This document shows, in pieces, positions 45,646-55,759 of a DNA stretch of 64,000 bases; the stretch's first letter is position 1, and the number at the start of each line of letters is the position of its first letter. The notes beneath the pieces were generated by a model that did no database searches, was not told the DNA's origin, and worked only from the letters and a program-made list of their open reading frames with translations. The stretch comes from a virus (taxonomy: Duplodnaviria; Caudoviricetes), in the IMG/VR virus record IMGVR_UViG_2907388146_000002, positions 1 to 64,000 of that record. One strand, given 5' to 3'. The translations under genes were made by a program, and so were the position numbers.

Positions 45646-46622
45646 TAATACGCACCGCCGCCAAATTGAACGTACTGAACATCTTGTCTCTCATTTGCGA
45701 GCATGAGAAGTTTACCGTTATTAAAATTGATTGAGGCCTCTGTATATGCAAAACGAGTCATGTCCCGATTTAGGTGATTCGTGACTAATTTTTCATACAC
45801 TCTTTCCCGACGTGATCTTACAGTATCCGAAATTCCATCCTCGAATAAACCTAGTGCTTCTTGAACCTCCGAATCATCGGGTGAAATCATAAGTGTACGA
45901 ATCTCTTCCTCAGTAGCGTTTCGAGCGAGTGCCTCCGCGATTTGACGCCTATACATTTTTGTGATTAATTCATACGCTCGACCCGATCTTTCACCGTTCT
46001 TGTCATATACGGCTAGCCATTCAGCCCCTTTTGCTTGTCCATAAATTAGAGAATAGGTTTGTTCTCTCGTTAATCCTGTTTCCTCCATGAGAACATCGAT
46101 ATCTCCTAGTTCTGGTAGGTTGTACGTCGTAGCACGTTCAGAAAACTCTGGAATTGTCATTTTTTTTAGTTTGTCTGGATCTTCTCCCTCTCCGATCATA
46201 TACTGAGCGATGTATCCGAGAATCGTTGCTTTGTTTCTTTCTTCTTTGTAGATTCGGTTCCAGTCTTGGGCTAAAAAATCAAAAATGCCTTGATCGGCTT
46301 CTTCTAACTCATCCCGAGAAATGACTCCTTTTGGGAAAAAGATTTTTCCTGTTTGCTTGGGAAGTTTGGAATAATCTTGAGATGGATTAGCTGTTACGTT
46401 GATTGTTCTCGGGAAAAATGTAGGACGAACAAGGAGTTCACCGAAAAACTTTCTCCGTAAGACTCCCATTGCATCGGACCAGAGAGATTTTTGAATGTCG
46501 AAATGGATTCCCTTCTTTGGATCTCCAAGTAAGGCGTGTTGTAAGGAGATAAAATAGAAGAGCCAAGCGTAAGTAAGTTCCCGCAAGACCCTATATTCTG
46601 AAAGAGGGGATTCTCTATTCAT
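45645..46622 (-). CDS. N-terminal half of MuF-like minor head protein
   Basis: Helical; NRDMTRFAYTEASINFNNG precedes the point where MuF CxxC normally follows. Confidence 0.55.
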   Translation of the reverse strand: MNRESPLSEYRVLRELTYAWLFYFISLQHALLGDPKKGIHFDIQKSLWSDAMGVLRRKFFGELLVRPTFFPRTINVTANPSQDYSKLPKQTGKIFFPKGVISRDELEEADQGIFDFLAQDWNRIYKEERNKATILGYIAQYMIGEGEDPDKLKKMTIPEFSERATTYNLPELGDIDVLMEETGLTREQTYSLIYGQAKGAEWLAVYDKNGERSGRAYELITKMYRRQIAEALARNATEEEIRTLMISPDDSEVQEALGLFEDGISDTVRSRRERVYEKLVTNHLNRDMTRFAYTEASINFNNGKLLMLANERQDVQYVQFGGGAY

Positions 46623-46663
46623 ATAGTAAAAACCCTCTCTAAAATTAAGAGAGGATTAAATTT

Positions 46664-47188
46664 TTACTCAATACCCGCTTCTCTGAGTAATTTACACGCT
46701 TTCCAAAACAGAACGTGAAGCACAGTATCCTTTCCTCTTTGATTGTCGAGGGACGAACAGACACTATCATATAAAACCTGTTTATCCTGGGAGGACAACT
46801 TTCCGATCTTTTCCGCAAAATCAGTATCTGAGTCTTCAGTACCGGAAACAAGACCCGCGATTCTAAGTAATCTAAATCCCTTCCAGAATAGAATATGGAG
46901 AACAGTGTCTCGGGATTGATTGTTTACCACCGAGGAATTGAGACTATCGAATAAATTTTGCCGATCTTCTGGATCAAGCTCCAGAACGAGGTTTGCTAAA
47001 ATCACATCTTCATCCTGTACGGACTCCATCTCTTTTAAATCGTTTCGTTCTATATCTTCAGAAGCGGGAGGTAAGGGATGCGGGGTTTGCAAAGAGGATT
47101 CTTCGCTAATAGCAGAAGTGTTTTCGGATTCTACTAATTCGGTATCATTGGGGACAGATTCATTCTGGATTGTTTCATTATTAGACAT
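46664..47188 (-). CDS. Hypothetical protein with acidic N-terminus and two ~46-aa repeats
   Basis: RDTVLHILFWKGFRLLRIAGL / KDTVLHVLFWKACKLLREAGI. Confidence 0.65.
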   Translation of the reverse strand: MSNNETIQNESVPNDTELVESENTSAISEESSLQTPHPLPPASEDIERNDLKEMESVQDEDVILANLVLELDPEDRQNLFDSLNSSVVNNQSRDTVLHILFWKGFRLLRIAGLVSGTEDSDTDFAEKIGKLSSQDKQVLYDSVCSSLDNQRGKDTVLHVLFWKACKLLREAGIE

Positions 47189-47449
47189 TGGATTGATTCC
47201 TTTTTTTGAAGTTTTCCCGATTGTAAAACGCATCCGGTTTTATCGGGAAAGGAATCTATTGGGGTTAAAGTTTAATTAAGGATCTGTAATTAATTCGGAG
47301 ACATGACCGAAAGAAAATTCGGTTTGATCTTTAAATGCTAAGAACGATACGCAATGCAAAGGACATACGTTTTGTTGTTGGTTTGTAAAAGGGCTTTGAG
47401 TCAAAAGATCTTAAAACCCGTTTGTTTTAATCGATATGAGAAAGTCTTT

Positions 47450-47908
47450 TCAACCGGTCATTTTCAGAATTCCCTTGAGAATCTTTCTACGAAAAAGCTC
47501 TAATGCTGTTATTCGATTCGCAATTTCAAACCGCCTTAAATCTACGGGAAATTCTAAAAGCGTTCCGATACTTGACAAAACGAGAATGACTCCTGAATCT
47601 GTTTCAAGAAACATTCCGCCAAATGGACCTGTAGAATTCTTTTTTGGTTTACGATAAATCTCCTGGATGATTCCATATTGACCCTCCTCTGGATATTCAT
47701 ATCCTCCTCGCAAAGACTCGATAAGTCTTACTTTATCTCCGACTTTGAAGACAACGTTCCTATTTAATAGCTCGGAAATATCTTCTATTAAGTCCTTTTT
47801 CTTTTCTCTGGATAGGGTCGCAAACTCCGCTTTCCGATCTTCTATATCTTTGATCAATCCAGCTATAATCTGCGCTCGTTTGCTAAAGTCATAGTCGTCA
47901 AAAATCAT
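47450..47908 (-). CDS. Hypothetical protein
   Basis: 152 aa; FKVGDKVRL SH3-like segment; SD AGGA. Confidence 0.55.
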   Translation of the reverse strand: MIFDDYDFSKRAQIIAGLIKDIEDRKAEFATLSREKKKDLIEDISELLNRNVVFKVGDKVRLIESLRGGYEYPEEGQYGIIQEIYRKPKKNSTGPFGGMFLETDSGVILVLSSIGTLLEFPVDLRRFEIANRITALELFRRKILKGILKMTG

Positions 47909-48223
47909 ATCCTTTCCTATATGTTTTTTAACAAATTCAACACTTATAATAGGCTTAATGATTTTTAATCCTCCATAGTATAAAATGTGAATCCATTTCC
48001 CTTAAAACGTTTGTACTTCATTTGCACAGTGTCCACTATTTATTTCATAAAGAAAACAAATTTCAGATTTAATGTAAGGAATGAGGAAACTATGACTTTA
48101 GCAAAAACCAAAGGTATTATAATTTTGAAGTGTTTTTAGATAACTATTTTAGAAGTTTACGGCATTTACCTATTTCGCCTTAACATTCTTATTTATAATA
48201 TGAGGACTCATGGCTTTTGTTCG

Positions 48224-48862
48224 TTATTCAAAGCGTTTGTCAACTTCTGGTATTTCCGGTGTTTTTAAAACAATTCTTTTAATAAAAGAAACCTTGTGAA
48301 GCGATTCCCATCCGTATAATTGGATCATACTTGCGTATTCCAATGAACGAGAAATCATACGAATTGGATCCGCTCCAAAGAAAAGTTCTAAGATTATCTT
48401 TTCATATTCTTTAATTGAATAACTTTCAGGGTGTAATCTAAATCCTAAATGTGCGATTTCCTTTTCTAATCTACTAAAATTGAGTTTAAATTGTATCCTA
48501 TCCAGTTCATAAAAATAAAGAATCAAGGTTGCGCAGATAAGCAAAACCTCTGAAATTCCTATAAAATAGAATGATGGCCCATTTAGGTCCAGTCTTGGAA
48601 TTAATCCAAGGAATGCCCCCGATAGAAACGAAGTAAAATAAAGCCAAGACTTGACAGACTCCGTTTTTTCAGTTTCAAGAAAATTTCGTAAATGAGAGAT
48701 AAATATCGACCACCAAAGAACTAATTCGGCAGTCTTTTTGTTTCTTTTTAATTCATCCAAGGAATTGCGCGGCAATTCACTCCCTGATCTTGCCAGACAA
48801 ATTTCCAATATACGCAGGTGGGCCTTGTATTTCGGAAATAGATTGATTTCGCTTGGATTCAT
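48224..48862 (-). CDS. AT-rich accessory membrane protein (2 TM)
   Basis: WLYFTSFLSGAFLGLI and FYFIGISEVLLICATLILYF; flanked by non-coding AT-rich DNA. Confidence 0.55.
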   Translation of the reverse strand: MNPSEINLFPKYKAHLRILEICLARSGSELPRNSLDELKRNKKTAELVLWWSIFISHLRNFLETEKTESVKSWLYFTSFLSGAFLGLIPRLDLNGPSFYFIGISEVLLICATLILYFYELDRIQFKLNFSRLEKEIAHLGFRLHPESYSIKEYEKIILELFFGADPIRMISRSLEYASMIQLYGWESLHKVSFIKRIVLKTPEIPEVDKRFE

Positions 48863-48932
48863 ATTTGCAGGACGGTCGCGACAAATACAATTGGCGAGTA
48901 CTTTTTTCTTGCACTAAAAAAATCTTAAATTT

Positions 48933-50399
48933 CTATCTTTTCGAAAATTTATTTGGATCTATCCCAAATCTCTCTAAACGTTTATTTCTTATATCGGATA
49001 CGGTTTTGGGTCTACTTTCTACCTCATTTTTTACAGTAGAGTATGATCTTGTTATTATATCTCTTTTTCTTCCGATAATTTTTAAAGCCCAATAGCGCAA
49101 GGCGTCCATCGCGTGATCGTGATTTTTGATCGGAATCTCTTTTGCATTCCTACCGTCTTTTTGGGGTTCCCAGGAATAAATTGATAATTCTTCGATCGTA
49201 TGAACACAAGTTCTAAAAATTCTTAGTTTTACCCCGTGTTCTGACTCTAATAATTTTATGAGAGCCTGGATCCCGGTTGAAATGTCTTTATCTGCGGCGA
49301 ATGTTACATATCCACATTCCGCCATCGTCGCGCGGTCTTCCGCGTCGTGATCGGCAACGATCCAAAGATTCGGTTTCCTTCTATCTCCTATTAGTTCGCA
49401 GTGCTTACGAACTGTCTGTTCCGTGAGATAATGTTCATCCGCCAAATACCAGGTTTCGTTTGCTTTGTCGAAAAATAACCAAAGGAATACAAATGGATTT
49501 GTATAACCAAAATCCACGGTTCCGGCGCAGTCCCAGTGATCCGGAATCTTGAATGGCTCGACAATTGCAGACTCAAACATAGGATAGACAAGACCTTCAA
49601 CGTCTATCCATAACCCCAGATACAACCGGTCTCTTTCGACTCCGGTAAGCTCCGAGAGCATTTGTTTATATTCGTCTGTGATAAAAGGATTGTCTAGTGG
49701 CGTCCAATGACGACGCGCCATTCTGCTGAGTCTTCGGGAGGAAAGAACTTCTCCCGTTTCGGGATCTTGTTTTAATACAAAATACTTGTATATCCAGTGA
49801 AACCGGTTTCTCGGATTACAATCTACGATCAGTTTGTTCGTTAGCTCTTCTCTTACATAGGAAAGTCTGGTTTTGATTTTTTGAAATGTGCCATAAGATA
49901 TCTGAGTCGCTTCGTTCAAAAATATGGTATTGAACTCAGTTCCCATGATCTTCTCGACACGATCGGAATCATCGAGTCCCGCTCCATAGATTTCAGCTCC
50001 GTTTGTAAATGTGATTACATGGTCGCTTTCATTGATCGTATAATCTCTATCCTTTACAAATCCCATCTCCTTCAAACACGGAAGAAGGGTCTGTCTCCAA
50101 ACACTCATCCTAAGATGATTGAGTCTGTATCTGGCTATTAAGTGTCTTGATCCGGCGGAGATCCAAGCGCGAGAAATGATCGCCTTGATAATTAGGTAGG
50201 TTTTCCCACTACGAGCCCCGCCGTCGTAACAGATTTCTTGGATGGAATGATTTGCCCAATCTTCGTCTAGGGCAAGAGACTGTTTTTCTGAAAAATACTT
50301 ACTTCTGTGAATCGTCTCCGTCTTGGCTTTTTTTGGATCTATCTTTAGAAGTTTCTTCCTTGCCGACACTAATCGTTTTCCCGCCAATGATCTTCTCAA
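48933..50399 (-). CDS. terL: Terminase large subunit
   Basis: Walker A GGARSGKT, Walker B IFLNEA, DCNP, nuclease DFGYTNP...DHAMDALRY. Confidence 0.95.
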   Translation of the reverse strand: MRRSLAGKRLVSARKKLLKIDPKKAKTETIHRSKYFSEKQSLALDEDWANHSIQEICYDGGARSGKTYLIIKAIISRAWISAGSRHLIARYRLNHLRMSVWRQTLLPCLKEMGFVKDRDYTINESDHVITFTNGAEIYGAGLDDSDRVEKIMGTEFNTIFLNEATQISYGTFQKIKTRLSYVREELTNKLIVDCNPRNRFHWIYKYFVLKQDPETGEVLSSRRLSRMARRHWTPLDNPFITDEYKQMLSELTGVERDRLYLGLWIDVEGLVYPMFESAIVEPFKIPDHWDCAGTVDFGYTNPFVFLWLFFDKANETWYLADEHYLTEQTVRKHCELIGDRRKPNLWIVADHDAEDRATMAECGYVTFAADKDISTGIQALIKLLESEHGVKLRIFRTCVHTIEELSIYSWEPQKDGRNAKEIPIKNHDHAMDALRYWALKIIGRKRDIITRSYSTVKNEVESRPKTVSDIRNKRLERFGIDPNKFSKR

Positions 50400-50937
50400 T
50401 AGAACCGGGAAGTTCTCCTACGCCGGTGATAATTTGAAGATTGAATTGGCTTTTCTCATCCGGAGATCCGGATTCGTTTCGAATAGTATCAGGTAAACCC
50501 AATGATCGGAGTAGTTCCCTGAGGAGCGTATTTCGAGATTTAATCAGATGGGCAAGATCCTCGTTGGAAATCTCAGGATCATAGATTCGTTTTAGGATAA
50601 AATCCAGAAGTTCAGTGGATTCGGTATTCATACGTGCAAGAGCCGTTGAAGCGTTAGAAATCAGGGAAAACTCCATTTTTTCCCTCACTTTTCCTACAAT
50701 TTCCTCACGATCTGCGTTCCAACCGTTTCTTTGGATTAGATTATCGAGCTTTTTGTAATCGATATTATATTTGCGGCAGAGTTCTTCTCTCGAAGTAGCA
50801 CCTTGAATATATGCTATCCTGATTTTTTCTTTTATCTTCGCCGGGAGCTTTTCAGGTTCAGACGTGCGTTTTGATGAAGCACCGTCTTTACTACCCTTCG
50901 TCGTCTTTCGGGCAGGAACTTTCTTTTTAGCTACCAT
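50299..50937 (-). CDS. terS: Terminase small subunit
   Basis: HTH-like ELCRKYNIDYKKL..LIQRNGW plus helical oligomer region, directly upstream of terL. Confidence 0.75.
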   Translation of the reverse strand: MVAKKKVPARKTTKGSKDGASSKRTSEPEKLPAKIKEKIRIAYIQGATSREELCRKYNIDYKKLDNLIQRNGWNADREEIVGKVREKMEFSLISNASTALARMNTESTELLDFILKRIYDPEISNEDLAHLIKSRNTLLRELLRSLGLPDTIRNESGSPDEKSQFNLQIITGVGELPGSIEKIIGGKTISVGKEETSKDRSKKSQDGDDSQK

Positions 50938-50995
50938 TAAGGAAGAACTATAACAGAATTCGTTTTATCATAATCACGGATTAAAGGGATAAAAT

Positions 50996-51976
50996 TTAGG
51001 TCTTTCTTGAATGGGAAGAATGTTCTAATTTCTTTGAAATACGAGACAATCGATCATCCGTTTCCGAACAACTTCTTTCATCCAGATCGATTCCAATAAA
51101 TTTTCTTCCATTCTTTAACGAAACTTCTCCCACGGTGCCCTCTCCCATAAATGGATCAAGAACTGTCCCTCCTTTCGGACACCCGGACAATACACAGATT
51201 TCGAATAATCTTTCTGGTCCTACAGCCGTATGTTTTCCTTTCGAATTTGGAGTTGCGATTTGCCAAACAGATCTTCGTCTTGCAGTAAAATCCTTTGAAC
51301 GAGCTTTATTTTGTAGGATTCGTTTTTTAATTTCGGAAGGGTCTTCAGCTTTGTGTTCTGAATAGTTTTTTAACCCCTCACCTTCATACTCACCGTGTTC
51401 GTTAGCACCCATTGATTTTAAAATAGCGGGCAGCGTTGGTTCCCTGTGATGCATTCCTCCGAGTGGAACCGCAACTGAACGAACATCAAAATAATATTTC
51501 TCGAGATCCAAAACAAAAATAAGAGCGTATTCATGAGATTGAGTAAATCTCCTTTTTACGGATTCAGGTTTACACGAACCTATGTTTCCCACATCTGTTG
51601 AAATCGATTTCGCCCAAACGATTTCCTGGACAAAGATATATCCTTCCTCTTCCATCATATCCACAAACCCGGAAGGAATACGAAGAGCGCGGCCATGCTG
51701 AAACGAGTCGCCAATATTGACGAAGATGGTTGCTGAGTTTTTAAGTCTTTTCTTTGCCTCTCGAAAAACTCGTCCAAGGTGGAAAAAATATTCCCAAGGT
51801 GCGGCCTCTCTTCCAATTTCTAAATTAGAATAAGGATGATCTTCAGACAAATAGTTTCGTTTCTGAAAATATGGCGGGGAAGTTACAATACAGTCGATAC
51901 TATTTTCATGATCAACTTTCGAAAAAGTTCCTTGTAAAATTCGATCTGATGCTCCGCACGAAATTTTGTAATTCAT
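50996..51976 (-). CDS. DNA N4-cytosine/N6-adenine methyltransferase (beta class)
   Basis: TSPPY before DPFMGEGT. Confidence 0.9.
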   Translation of the reverse strand: MNYKISCGASDRILQGTFSKVDHENSIDCIVTSPPYFQKRNYLSEDHPYSNLEIGREAAPWEYFFHLGRVFREAKKRLKNSATIFVNIGDSFQHGRALRIPSGFVDMMEEEGYIFVQEIVWAKSISTDVGNIGSCKPESVKRRFTQSHEYALIFVLDLEKYYFDVRSVAVPLGGMHHREPTLPAILKSMGANEHGEYEGEGLKNYSEHKAEDPSEIKKRILQNKARSKDFTARRRSVWQIATPNSKGKHTAVGPERLFEICVLSGCPKGGTVLDPFMGEGTVGEVSLKNGRKFIGIDLDERSCSETDDRLSRISKKLEHSSHSRKT

Positions 51977-52884
51977 TTCATTCTATCCTCGCAGAGTATT
52001 GCAATGTCTTCGAACAAGGCCGTGGAACATTCCCATTTTCCGCCTTCCAATTCTGCGATATAGGACTGAGAGTATCCGAGGGCTTGCGCGAGTTCAAACT
52101 GAGTCATCCGAGCATCTTTTCGTAATTCCCGGATCCTCGAGGCCGTCTCCGAATTCTCAAATTTAAAATTCTTGTTAAATGACTTTGACCGGGCCGCGTC
52201 GGCCGAATCCCGAATTACGTCCTTAAATTTTCCTTTCCATTCATAATTTAGGTTTTTACCGTTCACTTGGAGAAGGAAGTTTCCATCCGACAAGTCGGAT
52301 ATACTTACCCGAAGGCCTCTAATTTTTTTATTTTCCCAAAGCCCTCGTAGTTCTTCGAGTGTGACCTCTTTACTACTTCCCGAACGAATCTTTTTTAAAT
52401 CCGATTTTATAGTAGCAATTGGAATTCCGGTATCGTTTGAGATTACATCTAAACGATTGTTTTTGATTTTGTTCCCTGTGAAAAATTCAGGACAATAGAC
52501 TTGATAGATTCGGACTCGTCCTTGATGTCCGAAGTGTCGTCTTTTCGTATTCCGAGAAATGATATATGCGATTTCATTTTTGGGTGAAACAATATATCCA
52601 GAAATGAACGTCCATCCAAGGAGTTTGACCGCATGGACCCGGTTTTCACCGGAGAGACAAATATATGAATTAGTTTCCTCGATATACCTGACGGAGATCG
52701 GCTCTTGCAAACCGAACATAGCGATGTCTATTGATAAATTTCGGATAAAGGCTTCGGATTTTCGTTGAAAGAGTTCTGAGTTCTTTGGATGGAACTGAAT
52801 CCGGTCCAGTGAAATTTGTGCGATGGGAGGATTTACCTCCGATTGCACCGAGTGAATTAAACGTGGTTTGATTTGATCTTGCAC
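51973..52884 (-). CDS. ParB/Srx-domain protein with C-terminal XRE HTH
   Basis: FHPKN...GLQEPI...LSGENRVHA; IRELRKDARMTQFELAQALGYSQSYIAELE. Confidence 0.8.
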   Translation of the reverse strand: MQDQIKPRLIHSVQSEVNPPIAQISLDRIQFHPKNSELFQRKSEAFIRNLSIDIAMFGLQEPISVRYIEETNSYICLSGENRVHAVKLLGWTFISGYIVSPKNEIAYIISRNTKRRHFGHQGRVRIYQVYCPEFFTGNKIKNNRLDVISNDTGIPIATIKSDLKKIRSGSSKEVTLEELRGLWENKKIRGLRVSISDLSDGNFLLQVNGKNLNYEWKGKFKDVIRDSADAARSKSFNKNFKFENSETASRIRELRKDARMTQFELAQALGYSQSYIAELEGGKWECSTALFEDIAILCEDRMK

Positions 52885-52959
52885 ACCCCATGCGTATCTT
52901 TACAGCCCCGAAAGGGTCCATTCTGGATTCTGAAAGAACAAAAAATATTTAAGGACTGT

Positions 52960-53706
52960 CTATTTTTTTATTTTTAATTTCTTTTTCTTTTTTTGATTCT
53001 CCAAATCCAGTTCGATTGCGTGTTTTAATCCTCCAAAAGGACGGAGTTGTTTTGCTAATTTAGCTTTTTCGATTTGCAGTTTTTTTGTTTGCGAATCAAT
53101 ACTTTGAACTTGTTTCACAATTTTGTGTATGGTCGAAAGTTTCTTCTTATCAAGATCTTTGAGTTGAATCGGAGTCGGTTCATTTCCCGAAAGGATCGCT
53201 TTCGCTTCTTTTAGGTAACGCTGGTTTGTCCTTAGAGATCTACCAAAAGTTTTTGTCAAAACTTCAGACAAAGGAGGTCCTAACTTCTTTCTTTCCTCCG
53301 GTGAAATATTCCCACGAAACTCTTTGAGTATTCTTTCCTTTCCAAATTCTTTGATGATTGCTTTTACCGTATCTTCATCGCTCATCGCAAGACCGGAATT
53401 ATTGACCGAATACATTACATACCGGCGGACATCATCCGTAAGGTCCGAAACTACCATTTTTGCTAAAATAGTCGGATGATTTGCCTTTTTGTTACCCTTT
53501 GATCGACGGTCTCCGTTTAAGAGCCAATATTTTCCGTTTTTTGTTGGGTGTTTTACGACAATTATGGCTTCTGTAACCCCGTTATTTTTGATATTCTCAT
53601 TGAATGCGTCTTCTTCCTCTTTGGGAACTTCTCGGGATATCAAATTTGGATGTTTTACAAGATCAGATTGTTTAATTCGAAAGGGGTCTGAGTATTCTAT
53701 TTTCAT
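52960..53706 (-). CDS. ParB/Srx-domain protein
   Basis: HPN...NIKNNGVTEAIIV...LLNGDRR. Confidence 0.72.
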   Translation of the reverse strand: MKIEYSDPFRIKQSDLVKHPNLISREVPKEEEDAFNENIKNNGVTEAIIVVKHPTKNGKYWLLNGDRRSKGNKKANHPTILAKMVVSDLTDDVRRYVMYSVNNSGLAMSDEDTVKAIIKEFGKERILKEFRGNISPEERKKLGPPLSEVLTKTFGRSLRTNQRYLKEAKAILSGNEPTPIQLKDLDKKKLSTIHKIVKQVQSIDSQTKKLQIEKAKLAKQLRPFGGLKHAIELDLENQKKKKKLKIKK

Positions 53707-53780
53707 ATGGACTAAATTTCTGGTTCTGGATAAAATTTAGTAAAGTCATTTTTCTTTCCAAAACCTCAGAGTTACAGAAC

Positions 53781-54785
53781 TTAGAAAAGTCTGGGACCGA
53801 TTCTTCTTTCTGCCTCATCCGCAAATTTTGGGACGATTTCTATCCCTGTAAATTCGCAACCTAAATCCAACGCCACGATTCCTGTAGTTCCCGATCCAAA
53901 AAATGGATCACAAACACGCGGTGGAACGGGGTCGTATGGATGTTCACAAGACGGGATAGACTTTTCCTTGTATTGGCTCCCGCAAATTTTACAAACACCA
54001 ATTCTACTCGTTCCAGCCTTGATACAATTTGAGATTAATTCCCGAGGGAAAGTCGCGGTATGCGAGGTTCTGGACGGGGCTGTTCTAACGGTCCAAACCG
54101 ATCTTTTATTTCGGCGCTCCCAATAAACACGAGTGGGCGTTCCCCGATTTGCATTTTCTAAAGCCTTGGGGCGAAAACTCTTGTGACCCGGCATCAAACT
54201 TACTGCCGGTTCTGAAATTGCATCCGTATCGAAATAATAACTGGATTTTTTAGTCAGAAGAAATATGTATTCGTGTGCTGTTGTACATCTGTCTTTCACA
54301 GGCGAAGGCATTGGATTTGGTTTATTCCAAATAATGTCCTGTCTGAGATACCAACCGTCTTCCTGCAAAGCAAATGCGACTCTCCAAGGTATCCCTATCA
54401 AATCTTTTTTCTTGAGTCCCTCAACCCTTATCGCCAAATTAAATGACGACTGGTTCATCGAACCTTTTTTACCCTGGGTGATAGATGAACTTATTTGATT
54501 CGGTCCATTTTCCTTCTTGCTTCCAGAATTGTAAGAATCCCCAAGGTTTACCCAGGCAGTTCCTTCTGGATGCAAAACTCGTCTGATTTCTCGAAAGACT
54601 TCAACCAGCCGATTCAGATATTCTCCGGGAGCGCCTTCCAGTCCGATCTGTCCCGGATGACCATAGTCTCGAAGCCGAAAGTAAGGGGGCGAGGAAACGA
54701 CGGTATGAAAATGATTCGATGGGAATGTACGAAGATGCCCTAAAGCATCTCCAATGAAAATTTGGTTTCTTAAATTTTGTTCCAT
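53781..54785 (-). CDS. DNA N4-cytosine/N6-adenine methyltransferase (beta class)
   Basis: SSPPY, KKKDLIGIPWRVAFALQ.DGWYLRQDIIWNKPNPMP, DPFFGSGTT. Confidence 0.92.
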   Translation of the reverse strand: MEQNLRNQIFIGDALGHLRTFPSNHFHTVVSSPPYFRLRDYGHPGQIGLEGAPGEYLNRLVEVFREIRRVLHPEGTAWVNLGDSYNSGSKKENGPNQISSSITQGKKGSMNQSSFNLAIRVEGLKKKDLIGIPWRVAFALQEDGWYLRQDIIWNKPNPMPSPVKDRCTTAHEYIFLLTKKSSYYFDTDAISEPAVSLMPGHKSFRPKALENANRGTPTRVYWERRNKRSVWTVRTAPSRTSHTATFPRELISNCIKAGTSRIGVCKICGSQYKEKSIPSCEHPYDPVPPRVCDPFFGSGTTGIVALDLGCEFTGIEIVPKFADEAERRIGPRLF

Positions 54786-54847
54786 CCTGACTGGCCTTCT
54801 TTGGCAAATCAGAATGTAAATTACGTTACTCTATCGGAAAAGACTCC

Positions 54848-55441
54848 TTAAGCGGCAACTCCGGTCGCATCGATCATGGCTTGAAACGGATCTTGTGCAA
54901 GATGAAATTCATCGTAATATAACAACTGTCCTTTGAAAACCCGGATCGTTCCAATACAATCGGAAATTGCCCTGTGAACAGTCCTCGGTTCCATTCCGGA
55001 ATAAAAACGAATCGCAGACTTTAAATCATGCCTCCCTGACTCTCGATTTTTAAAAATCCGGTACGGATCAATTACAAGTGAGGAAGGAAGAGGACACAAG
55101 TCTCCGATTCGAGCAAAATCGTTTTTCATCAGGGGAATATCAAATTTGATGATGTTGTAGCCGCAAAGGGGAAGATCGGAGATAAAACTCTTAATCTTGT
55201 CTTTGATATCCGAAAGCATTGGAGCATTTGCCACTCTTTCATCCGTAATCCCGTGAAGCTTTGTTGCCTGCTGTGGAATCGGCATTTCCGGGTTTATGAG
55301 AGAACTAAAAAGATTTGAAATCCGAAATTGCCAGCCGTCCCAAATCAAATGAATCATTCCGATTTCGACAATCCGGTCCCGATAGATATTTAACCCCGTC
55401 GTCTCGAGGTCCAGAAAGACTATACGAAATCCTTCTCTCAT
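54848..55441 (-). CDS. DEDDh 3'-5' exonuclease (DnaQ-like)
   Basis: DLETTG, YN..KFD, HRAISDC. Confidence 0.9.
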   Translation of the reverse strand: MREGFRIVFLDLETTGLNIYRDRIVEIGMIHLIWDGWQFRISNLFSSLINPEMPIPQQATKLHGITDERVANAPMLSDIKDKIKSFISDLPLCGYNIIKFDIPLMKNDFARIGDLCPLPSSLVIDPYRIFKNRESGRHDLKSAIRFYSGMEPRTVHRAISDCIGTIRVFKGQLLYYDEFHLAQDPFQAMIDATGVAA

Positions 55442-55477
55442 TTTGGATTTTTTGAATCATTTTGGAAAAACATTTTC

Positions 55478-55741
55478 TTACGCATTGATTAAAATTCCGT
55501 TTCGCCAGATTTTTGTTTTACTCGGTCGATTTTTCCGGTGGATGCCGTATTCGTATCGCTGGACCGAATACTCAACTCCTTCAGGTGCGATTCCCTGTAG
55601 TTCTGTTGCCGTCGAGATCGCTTTTTTCATTCCTTCTGGTCCTTCAAAACACTGCCCTATCGTTCCCCATAATCGGGGAGTATTGGTAGTTGGCGGCAAG
55701 TGTTGGTAAATATGAAACTCTTCCTTTAAAATCCCATTCAT
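55478..55741 (-). CDS. Hypothetical protein
   Basis: 87 aa with SD GGAGG. Confidence 0.55.
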   Translation of the reverse strand: MNGILKEEFHIYQHLPPTTNTPRLWGTIGQCFEGPEGMKKAISTATELQGIAPEGVEYSVQRYEYGIHRKNRPSKTKIWRNGILINA

Positions 55742-55759
55742 GAAGCCTACCTCCGCTTG

